Positions 56,789-64,000 of a stretch of 64,000 bases of DNA are shown one piece after another; the stretch's first letter is position 1, and each line of letters opens with the position of its first letter. The notes beneath the pieces were generated by a model. The model had not been told where the DNA came from and ran no database searches. It saw only the letters and a list, made by a program, of their open reading frames with translations. A program made the position numbers and the translations under genes. Origin of the DNA: Elusimicrobiota bacterium (GTDB lineage Bacteria > Elusimicrobiota > Elusimicrobia > UBA1565 > UBA9628). Location: positions 10,577-74,576 of the forward strand of contig JABEUV010000011.1 of the NCBI GenBank assembly GCA_013044195.1. Reading direction: 5' to 3'.

Positions 56789-58203
56789 GACTTTTTTTGC
56801 GCAAGCTCGGCGGGCGCATCGCTCCGGACCGTCGGCGACCAAAAGCGCGTCAAGGCGTTCTCCTTCAGAACCGGCCGGCCGGCCGCGATCTTCTCGTTGG
56901 CCGCGGCCAGCAGGCGACGCAGCGCGGGAACCGGCGTCTTCCACGCCAAAGCCGGCCACCGCATGACCGCCTCTCGCCGCACGCCGTCCGCCTCGGCCGG
57001 CGTGAGCAGCCGGCTCAAGCGGTCCCAGCGCTCACGCGACCCCGGGGCGTCCTGGGCGCTCGACAGCAAAGACCACAAGGCCGCCTCCCGCAAGTTGCGG
57101 CGCGTCCCTCGACCGGACTCAAGCAACGCGGCCAGCCTTGACTGCGCCGGCGGCGAGCCGCGCTCGGCGACGCGCCGGAACCATTTGGCGGCCTCGCCGA
57201 TGCTGCGCCGGACGCCGTGCCCGTGAAGATAGCTTTCGCCGATCATGATCTGTGAGTGCGTGTCGTTCTTCCACGCCGCCTGCCAATACAGGCGGAAGGC
57301 CTCGTCGTAGTCGCGAGGAACTCCAATCCCGTTGTAATACATGTAGCCCAGGCGCCATTGGCTTTTTGTGTTTCCACGCAGCGCGGCCAGCCTCAGCCAT
57401 TTGACCGCCGCCTCATCGTCTTTCGGCACCCCAAGCCCCTCGTGATACAGGGCGCCCAACAGCAGTTGAGCCCGCGGCTTGCCCGCCGCGGCCGACCGCC
57501 GACACCAGCGCGTCAGCTTCGCCCAATCCGCGTCGCTCACGCGCCCAATAAGGGCCGCTAAATTGTCGCTTGCCTGCTCCTTGCGATAAAGGGCTCCGAG
57601 AATGTACCACTTGGCCGCCTCGAACAAGTCCCGAGGCACGCCGGCGCCCACGGAGTATATATGGCCGAGATTGCACATGGATGGGCCGTTTCCCTGTTCG
57701 GCCGCGGCGCGATGCCAGCGGACCGATTCGGAAAACTCGTGGCGGTGGAAATAAAGCAGTCCCAGGTTGCTCTGAGCTTTCGAGTCCCCCAGTTGCGCGG
57801 CGCGAAGCAGGCAGCGCAAGGACAGGCCGTAGTCGCAAGCGACGCCCAGCCCGTGCGCGTACATGTAGCCGAGATTGGCCAGGGCCGCCGACTCGCCGCG
57901 CTCCGCGGCAAGCCGATACCAGCGCGCCGCCTCAAGGTAATCGGGGCCGCCATCCTGGCCGAAATAGGACATCCGGCCGAGACAGAGCGCGGCGCGCCCG
58001 TTTCCGCCCTCGGCGGACCGGCGATACCACGCCGCCGCAGCACTCCGGTCCAGGGGCCCGCCCAGCCCCTCGTCGCCGAGATAACCGAGACGCAACTGCG
58101 CCGCGGCGTCGCCGGCCTCCGCGCGCTTCACGAGAGCCCGGCGGGCGGCCCGCTCGCGGGCGGGCGGCAGGAATTCCGGCGCCCCCGAGAACGCGCGATC
58201 CAT
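56785..58203 (-). CDS. Sel1-like repeat (SLR) protein
   Basis: At least nine Sel1 units (AQSNLGLLYFHRHEFSESVRWHRAAAEQG, AQLLLGALYHEGLGVPKDDEAAVKWLRLAALRG, etc.). The long Arg-rich N-terminal extension of the raw ORF was rejected. Start set at Met 58203. Confidence 0.7.
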   Translation of the reverse strand: MDRAFSGAPEFLPPARERAARRALVKRAEAGDAAAQLRLGYLGDEGLGGPLDRSAAAAWYRRSAEGGNGRAALCLGRMSYFGQDGGPDYLEAARWYRLAAERGESAALANLGYMYAHGLGVACDYGLSLRCLLRAAQLGDSKAQSNLGLLYFHRHEFSESVRWHRAAAEQGNGPSMCNLGHIYSVGAGVPRDLFEAAKWYILGALYRKEQASDNLAALIGRVSDADWAKLTRWCRRSAAAGKPRAQLLLGALYHEGLGVPKDDEAAVKWLRLAALRGNTKSQWRLGYMYYNGIGVPRDYDEAFRLYWQAAWKNDTHSQIMIGESYLHGHGVRRSIGEAAKWFRRVAERGSPPAQSRLAALLESGRGTRRNLREAALWSLLSSAQDAPGSRERWDRLSRLLTPAEADGVRREAVMRWPALAWKTPVPALRRLLAAANEKIAAGRPVLKENALTRFWSPTVRSDAPAELAQKKS

Positions 58204-58289
58204 CGCCGGCTGAACGAACGCGAGAAAGATATTCCCTTCGGGACGCGGCCGAGATCGGCCCGCCCGCGAAACCTCGGAAGGCACGGCGT

Positions 58290-59306
58290 TCAGCGGGAGG
58301 AGCGCGCGCCGGCTCGAACCAGCGGGCCGAAGCTCGCCCGTAATTCGGCGCATCGCTTCGACAAGGCCTCGATCTTCCGTCGTCGGCTCACGGCCTCGTC
58401 CGAATCCTCCAAGCCGGCGAGCCCGGAGAGAATCGACCGCAGATCCTCTCGCGTTTGATCGAGAGCGGCGATCAAGCCGGCGCGATTCGTCGCCGTTTCC
58501 TGGGTCATCTTGCTGCAATAGCCGTCGCGCAGCGGGGCGGAATAGCGCTCGCAACTCCCCGCTTTTTGGCCCCGCAGCGCAAGACACAAGCCGGAGGCGC
58601 GGCACTGCGACGAATCTCCATTCTTCACTGCCGCCCAATAGGCGCGCAGCGTCATGCAACTGAACCCCAGAGCCCAATCCGGCTTGCCCAGCGCGACGCA
58701 CTCCGTCTTGCTCTCCCGGCCCATGTTCACGCTGTCTTGCGCCAGAATCTTCGCTTCCTCCCAGCCCGTCAGCGGCGAAAGCTTCGCCGCTCGCTTGCGG
58801 GGATCGCCCGCGTTGTCGACGTAAACATCGCAGAAGCCGGGAGCCTCGAACCGGGCCACGGACGAACAGAGCCGCTTGGCGCCGGCCGGGTCGGACGCCG
58901 CCGTCGCCAGGACCTTGCCGAGGGTCAGGTGCTGGAGAATCGGCGTGCAGGAGCCGCTCAGCGGCTTCGACTCGTCGCAAACGGCGGAGTCGCCGGTCAA
59001 AAGGGCCCGGCACACCAGATATTTCGCCGCGGTCTGCGAGGCCGCTTCGTCCAGCTCGGAATATAAATTAGCGACATAGCGGGGGCTCGTGAGCATGGCC
59101 TCGACGGTGAAGGAGCGAAGGCAGCCGGCTTTCGTCATTTTTGCCGACTTCAACTCCCGAGCCTGAGCCTCCATGGCGGCGACATGAGCCGCCGCCGAAG
59201 CGATCATCACGTCCATTTTTTTCAGGCTGACCGCTTCCGCCGGGCAGGAGCACGCCGCCCAAAATGCCGCGACCAGCGCCGCGACGACTCTCTTCTTCCC
59301 TTTCAT
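58290..59306 (-). CDS. Secreted Cys-rich protein (about 19 Cys), hypothetical
   Basis: Signal peptide MKGKKRVVAALVAAFWAACSCPAEA. Regularly spaced Cys pairs (CDESKPLSGSC, CSSVARFEAPGFC, CRASGLC...SC...YC). Confidence 0.5.
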   Translation of the reverse strand: MKGKKRVVAALVAAFWAACSCPAEAVSLKKMDVMIASAAAHVAAMEAQARELKSAKMTKAGCLRSFTVEAMLTSPRYVANLYSELDEAASQTAAKYLVCRALLTGDSAVCDESKPLSGSCTPILQHLTLGKVLATAASDPAGAKRLCSSVARFEAPGFCDVYVDNAGDPRKRAAKLSPLTGWEEAKILAQDSVNMGRESKTECVALGKPDWALGFSCMTLRAYWAAVKNGDSSQCRASGLCLALRGQKAGSCERYSAPLRDGYCSKMTQETATNRAGLIAALDQTREDLRSILSGLAGLEDSDEAVSRRRKIEALSKRCAELRASFGPLVRAGARSSR

Positions 59307-59367
59307 GGCATCTCCGTTGCAAGCCTTTCGGAAATAGTACAAAATCTTGGCGCGCGCTCCGCGAATA

Positions 59368-61728
59368 TCAACCTTCCCCGCGCGCGCCGGAATCCTCGAT
59401 GGCCCGCGCCGCCAGGAGGTCCGCCTTCGCGTCCGCCAAAGCCCCCAGAAGCATGGCCGCCTTCGCGCGCACGATCAGCGCCTCGGATTGCCGCGGATTG
59501 ATCCGCAGCGCGGCCGCGGCGTCGGCGCGCGCGCCAAACGCGTCGCCGCTGGCGAGGCGAAGCTTGGCCCGCAGCAGCCGCACGCGATCCTCGATCATGG
59601 CGCGCTCCACGCCGGACTCGAACTCCTCGCGCAGCGCCTCAAGGCGCGAGCCCTCGGCCGGGCTCCTCGACAGGGCGCACAGACGCAAGGCCTTGTCGAG
59701 ATCCGCCGCGGCGTCGGCTGGGCGGCCGAGGTGGCGCCGGGCCTCGCCGCGCAGCGCGTAGGTCCACGGTCCCGGAGCTCCCGCGGAAATCGCGCGATCA
59801 AGCGAGGCTTGCGCGGCGGCCGGATCGCCGCTGCGCAGTTCGGCCTCTCCGCGGCGGAAGTGCCCCCACGCGTCGTCCGCCCTTGGAACGGGCCCAGGAG
59901 GCGTCGGAACGTCGAGGGCCTGAGTCCATTCGACCGCGCCGAGCACGGCCAGGTCCTTGAGAAGGCGAAAAACCTGCGCGTCCAGGACGTCGCGGGGCAA
60001 CGGTGAGCGCCGCGACAACTCGCGCTTGATCGCGCCGACCGAACGTTTGCCGTCCGTCAGCGCGAGCGCGAGGGCATACGAACGAGGCAATATCCGGCGC
60101 GGATTGGCCGCGTCGCCGTCGGCGTCGAGGCCTTCGGCCTTGACGATGCGGTAGCGTCGCGCGGGCAATAGCCGACCGTCCCCGGAGACCGGCAGAAACG
60201 TCGTCTGCTCCTCGATTCTCTTGGCCAAGCGAGGGATCCAGGAATCCGGGATTTCACGGCGCGCGGCCTCGTCCTCGGCGCGGCGCAACCCCTCGTCGCG
60301 CGACGGCTCGGCCTTCAAGAACCCGGTCTCGACGACGGCGAGAATCTGCCGCGTCCAGTTCTTCAGTTCCAGCTTGGTGCCTTCCCACTGCCAGGAATGC
60401 TCGGTTCCGCTGGAGCCGAAGAGCAGGGTCTGGGAGGTGTAGGCGCGCTCGAAATAGTAGGTCAGCCCGGCCGCGACGGCCACGAAGGCGGTTTTGTCAT
60501 CAAGATCGATCGGCGACGCCGCGCCCAGCGCTTTGCGCGCCTCGGCCCGCCATGCGCGCGCGTTCGGATCGTGACGGTACCAAAAGCGTACGAGCGTCGA
60601 GAAAGAACCCGCGACCTCCCCACAGAAGCGGTCGTAGTCGTTCCACAGCAATCCGCGAACCTCCGCGTCGGCCTCGCGGCGCGAGGACAGCCACGTGTAG
60701 GCCGCGCGATGCCCCGACAGATGCGCCATCATGACGCCCGACGACAGCAGCGGGTCGAGAAAGAACGCCGCGTCGCCCGCGGCCAGCCAGCCCTCGCCGC
60801 AGGCGCGTGCGTTGCGGTAGGACCAGTCGGCGGCCGTGAAAAAATCCTTGCCCGGAGCGCGAGGGTCCACGCCGGCCAGCAGTTGCGCGCCGTCAAGCAG
60901 CGGCGCGATCTCCGTGCACCGCCCCAGCGCCTCGAAGAAATACGCGCGGAAATCCTTGCCCCGCGGGTGGGACTTCACGAACGAAGCCTTGGAGACGAGT
61001 CCGACCGAGACCATCTCCCGCGAAAGAGGAATATACCAGAACCAGCCCTCCGGCACGGAGCAGATGAAGATTTTGGTCTTGTCGGGATGTCCCGAGAACT
61101 CGAACTTCCACTTCGCGCCCTTGTAGTAGGCGTAACCGGCCGTGTTCTTGAGCTCCGGGTCGAACTCGCGCACGCCGCGCTGCGCCGACAGAAATCCGGA
61201 CTGCCCCGAGCAGTCGGCCAGCGTGCCGCACCGCAGCGTGCGCCGGCGTCCGCCCTTCTCGACGACCACGCCGACGAAGCGCCCGTTCTCCTCGACGGCG
61301 GAGAGCGCGCGCCAGCCGAAGCGGACTTCCGCGCCAAGCTCGGCGGCGTGGTCGAGCAGGATTTTATCGTACTTCGAGCGCAGAACCTGCCAGGAGAACT
61401 CCGCGTCGAGCATGCGCCCATACTTCTTGACCATCTCCAGATTCAGGTTGTTGAAGTCCGCGTCCCACGGCGCGCGCTCGTCGCCCCAGACGAAAACGAC
61501 GCCCATCTTTCGCGGGAATCCCCCCGCGTCGATCTTGTCCTGCACGCCGAGTTCCTTCAAGACGGGGATCGCCCCCGGAAGAAGCGACTCGCCGACGTGA
61601 TGGCGGGGAAACTCGTCCTTCTCCAAGACGAGTATTCGCGCCGTCGAATCGTGCTTGCGCGCGATGCCCGCCAGCGTGCTTCCCGCGGGGCCGCCGCCCA
61701 CGACGATCATATCCCAGGTTGTCGTCAT
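59368..61728 (-). CDS. Flavin-dependent halogenase-like FAD monooxygenase fused to C-terminal TPR repeats
   Basis: N-terminal FAD fold (IVVGGGPAGS), halogenase-signature GWFWYIPL (WxWxIP) and distal FxxPxxSxG-like FLDPLLSSGV. C-terminal ~280 aa of TPR (WTYALRGEARRHLGRPADAAADLDKALRL). Confidence 0.65.
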   Translation of the reverse strand: MTTTWDMIVVGGGPAGSTLAGIARKHDSTARILVLEKDEFPRHHVGESLLPGAIPVLKELGVQDKIDAGGFPRKMGVVFVWGDERAPWDADFNNLNLEMVKKYGRMLDAEFSWQVLRSKYDKILLDHAAELGAEVRFGWRALSAVEENGRFVGVVVEKGGRRRTLRCGTLADCSGQSGFLSAQRGVREFDPELKNTAGYAYYKGAKWKFEFSGHPDKTKIFICSVPEGWFWYIPLSREMVSVGLVSKASFVKSHPRGKDFRAYFFEALGRCTEIAPLLDGAQLLAGVDPRAPGKDFFTAADWSYRNARACGEGWLAAGDAAFFLDPLLSSGVMMAHLSGHRAAYTWLSSRREADAEVRGLLWNDYDRFCGEVAGSFSTLVRFWYRHDPNARAWRAEARKALGAASPIDLDDKTAFVAVAAGLTYYFERAYTSQTLLFGSSGTEHSWQWEGTKLELKNWTRQILAVVETGFLKAEPSRDEGLRRAEDEAARREIPDSWIPRLAKRIEEQTTFLPVSGDGRLLPARRYRIVKAEGLDADGDAANPRRILPRSYALALALTDGKRSVGAIKRELSRRSPLPRDVLDAQVFRLLKDLAVLGAVEWTQALDVPTPPGPVPRADDAWGHFRRGEAELRSGDPAAAQASLDRAISAGAPGPWTYALRGEARRHLGRPADAAADLDKALRLCALSRSPAEGSRLEALREEFESGVERAMIEDRVRLLRAKLRLASGDAFGARADAAAALRINPRQSEALIVRAKAAMLLGALADAKADLLAARAIEDSGARGEG

Positions 61729-63854
61729 TTGAGAGCAGTCCCGCCGCCCAGGTCGAGAATGCGCGCGCGCAGCCAGCGCCCCGCCGCGTCCTCCGGATCC
61801 AGCGCCGCGTCGAGAGAGCGCGCGGTCTCCTCAAGCGCGCCGCGCGCGTCGCCGCAGGACAACTTCAGCCACGCGAGTACTCGATAAAATCCGGCCTCAC
61901 GGGAGGCCGGCCTTTCCTGCGCGCGCGCCAGGGCTCCGCGCGCGTCCGCGCGCAGCAGCGCCGCCGCGCACCCGCGCAGGCCGCAAGACCGTGCCGTCCG
62001 CGCCAAGGCCTCCGGCGCGAAGGACGCCGCCGGATCTTCGACGCGGCGCAGCGCAAAGGCCCTGCGCGGATCGGGCCTCCGGCCCGCGCGGCGGCACGCC
62101 AGAACGTATAAAGCCAGCGGCTGCCGAGGATTTCGGCGCAGCGCCTCTTCAAGCGCCCGCGACGCCTGCCGGCCGCGGCCCGCACGGGCGAGAAGAAAGC
62201 CCTCCATGGCCGCGTCCGCGTCGGAAGGGCCGCCGCGCCCGTACGCGGCCAGAGCCTCCTCCCATGCGCCGCAGCGCGCCAGGGACTCGGCCAGCCGCAG
62301 GGAAATCCAACGGTCCCGCGGGTGGAGTTCGAGCGCGGCGCAATAGGCCGCCGCGGACTCGACTGGACGACCGACCTCCAGCAAGGCCCGCCCTCGAAAC
62401 GCGTGCGCGGGACCGCAGTGCGGCTGCAGGCGCAGGGAACGCTCGAGCTCGGCCAGCGCCGCGCGGACGCGGCCCTGCTCGAGCAGGCACGCTCCCCGTC
62501 CCGCGTGCGCCCAGGACAGCCGCGCGTCCAGACGCAGAGCCGACTCGAAATCGGCCCGAGCCTCGCCGACGAGGCCTAGGCGCCGGCGTGCCTCGCCGCG
62601 CCAAAGACGCGCCCACGCGTCCCGCGGAGCGAGCGCGACGGCCCGATCAAGATCGTCGATCGCGCGCCAATAATTCTGCAGCAGAAGCTCCGTCTGGCCC
62701 CGCCAGGCCAAGGCCCACGCGGCCCGCGGCCGCCGCTCCAGGTAGCGGTCCAGATCCCGCCGCGAGCGCAGAGCCGCGGGATTGGGGTGAGACATGCTGA
62801 TGCGATGCTCGATCCAGACGCCGGAGCGGTCGACGGCCGCGGCTTCCCGCATGATCCGCCCCGCCTCGTCCCAGCGCTTGAGGCTCATTAGCGCGCCCGC
62901 CAAGGGATACAGCGTCGTCGGGTAGTACGCATTGAGGGCGCGCGCCTTCATCAGTAGCGCTGCGGCACGACGCGTCTGCCCCTGCTCGGCCAAGGACACG
63001 CCCAGCCACGACCAGCCGCGGTCGTAATCGGGCAGAAGCTTGATCGACGCCCGCAAATCCGCGAGAGCCCGCGGCGCGCGTTTGAGGACGAACATGGCCC
63101 GGCCGCGCCAGGAGAGGGCGAAGCCCGAGCGCGGCGCGAGCGTCAGCGCCCGATCAAGATCGGCCACGAGCGTGCGGTCGCGCAGGTCCGCCTTCGCGCG
63201 CGCCAAGAAGAGCAAGGGCAGTTCCCCCGACGCGTCGAGCCGCGCCGCTTGGCCGAACGCCGACACCGAGGCGCGAAACTCCGCCAGATACCACAGGCAT
63301 ACGCCGCGAAACACGAGCGGCCAGGACCAGTCCGCAGCAAGCGAACTCGCCGCGTCGAATTGCGCGATCGCGCGCACGTAGCGACGCCGCATCTCCCAGG
63401 CCATCCCCAAACCCATGCGCGCCCAGAGCTGATCGCCGTCGAGCGCGAGCGCGGCCTCAAAATCCGCGATGGACGCCGCTCCAAGGCGCCGCGAGCCCCA
63501 GCAGCGCTCGGACCGCAGGAAGCCCCTCAAGATCAGGAAGGCGGGCTGCCGCGGATCGAGGCGGATCGCCTCGTCCAGACGCCCCCGCGCCGCCTCGGAC
63601 CAGCCCGGCCCCGTCGGCGGCCGCGCGCGGGGCCGGCCGGTCTCCCCGCCGGGGCCGAGGCGGAACTCGCGGCCGATGCGCCGCAGTTCGCCGAGGCCGC
63701 GCAGATCGTTCTGCCGATAAAAAAGGAGAGAGTGAGCGATGTAGCCGCGAAAGATCTCCGCAGCGAAAGTTCCGGAGCCTTCCGCGAAAAATGCGTCGAG
63801 CGGGTCAGGCTTGGGGACCAAGAAGGGCCTCCGCCCGCTTGCGCTGCTCTTCAT
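61725..63854 (-). CDS. TPR-repeat protein (WRG-type family)
   Basis: 709 aa. Repeated units (WALAWRGQTELLLQNYWRAIDDLDRAVALAP, WARLWRGEARRRLG...). ATGA overlap with the halogenase gene. Confidence 0.7.
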   Translation of the reverse strand: MKSSASGRRPFLVPKPDPLDAFFAEGSGTFAAEIFRGYIAHSLLFYRQNDLRGLGELRRIGREFRLGPGGETGRPRARPPTGPGWSEAARGRLDEAIRLDPRQPAFLILRGFLRSERCWGSRRLGAASIADFEAALALDGDQLWARMGLGMAWEMRRRYVRAIAQFDAASSLAADWSWPLVFRGVCLWYLAEFRASVSAFGQAARLDASGELPLLFLARAKADLRDRTLVADLDRALTLAPRSGFALSWRGRAMFVLKRAPRALADLRASIKLLPDYDRGWSWLGVSLAEQGQTRRAAALLMKARALNAYYPTTLYPLAGALMSLKRWDEAGRIMREAAAVDRSGVWIEHRISMSHPNPAALRSRRDLDRYLERRPRAAWALAWRGQTELLLQNYWRAIDDLDRAVALAPRDAWARLWRGEARRRLGLVGEARADFESALRLDARLSWAHAGRGACLLEQGRVRAALAELERSLRLQPHCGPAHAFRGRALLEVGRPVESAAAYCAALELHPRDRWISLRLAESLARCGAWEEALAAYGRGGPSDADAAMEGFLLARAGRGRQASRALEEALRRNPRQPLALYVLACRRAGRRPDPRRAFALRRVEDPAASFAPEALARTARSCGLRGCAAALLRADARGALARAQERPASREAGFYRVLAWLKLSCGDARGALEETARSLDAALDPEDAAGRWLRARILDLGGGTALK

Positions 63855-64000
63855 TGAGAAGATACGGGAAGTCCTTGAGAACGGCGCGGTAGGAAGCGAC
63901 CGCCTCTTCGGCGCGGCCCAGACGCGCCAGCGCTTCGGCCTTGGCGACGAGCGCGCGTCCCACGTTGGGGGCGAACGACAGGCACTGCTCGGCCGCGGCC
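63805..64000 (-). CDS. C-terminal end of a further TPR-like protein (5' end outside window)
   Basis: Minus-strand frame open to the window edge (…AAAEQCLSFAPNVGRALVAKAEALARLGRAEEAVASYRAVLKDFPYLLNEEQRKRAEALLGPQA*), TPR-like. Confidence 0.4.
   Translation of the reverse strand, partial: AAAEQCLSFAPNVGRALVAKAEALARLGRAEEAVASYRAVLKDFPYLLNEEQRKRAEALLGPQA

Noticed and set aside
56785-59013. 742-aa version of the Sel1 protein with a 270-aa Arg-rich N-terminal extension
   Set aside because: The extension has no Sel1 units, is compositionally aberrant and overlaps the Cys-rich secreted protein gene. An internal Met at 58203 gives a clean non-overlapping gene.
1-64000. Search for CRISPR arrays, tRNA/rRNA genes, IS elements or phage integrases
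   Set aside because: No regularly spaced direct repeats, no cloverleaf-like conserved tRNA boxes and no transposase/integrase motifs (DDE, R-H-R-Y) were recognised in any frame. Only the small low-GC scar at 45.9-46.4 kb hints at past mobile DNA.

Overview
High-GC (visibly ~68-70 % GC, codon third positions almost all G/C) chromosomal segment of a diderm bacterium, densely coding. No rRNA, tRNA, CRISPR array or classical transposase was recognised. Most of the many long alternative-frame ORFs are Arg/Pro/Ala-rich frame shadows. Contents in order:
(1) 1-8.8 kb, housekeeping/regulatory: 5'-truncated LpxL-family lipid A acyltransferase, MgtC/DUF4010 membrane protein, two hybrid histidine kinases, MarC, Bcp peroxiredoxin, an LPP20-like lipoprotein, an OmpR-family regulator and a FlgO/LpoB-like periplasmic protein.
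(2) 8.8-25.6 kb, all on the minus strand: a respiratory supercluster with two paralogous alternative-complex-III (ACIII/Qrc-like) modules. One is minimal, with a split ActB. One is complete (ActA-ActB-ActC-ActD-ActF), with a 779-aa cytochrome carrying seven tandem class-I haem c domains and an ActA carrying an extra monohaem domain. A Crp/Fnr regulator lies between the modules. Two paralogous small CXXCH secreted proteins and a Tat-signal mini-ORF lie upstream.
(3) 25.7-37.9 kb: SET-domain protein, QueC-like PP-loop protein, hemX-hemA (GTGA overlap), a large HAD-domain envelope protein, S8 subtilase, SDR, OsmC, TolC-like OMP and several secreted hypotheticals.
(4) 37.9-48.6 kb: a type-II FAS-like accessory lipid cluster (FabI/L-like ER, KAS III, double-hotdog FabA-like DH, FabG, FabZ, KAS I/II, LPLAT fused to an AcpS-type PPTase, XRE regulator, alpha/beta hydrolase, FabD-like AT) with no recognisable ACP gene.
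(5) 48.5-64 kb, the most unusual part: one long minus-strand operon with ATGA-coupled junctions. It encodes a paralogous family of 'WRG'-type TPR proteins, a Sel1-repeat protein, a radical-SAM enzyme with a C-terminal Cys cluster, a flavin-dependent halogenase fused to TPR repeats, a Cys-rich secreted protein, a polytopic membrane protein with a prepilin-peptidase-like GDAKL motif and a tetrapyrrole-methylase-superfamily methyltransferase. It is a candidate undescribed protein/peptide modification system.
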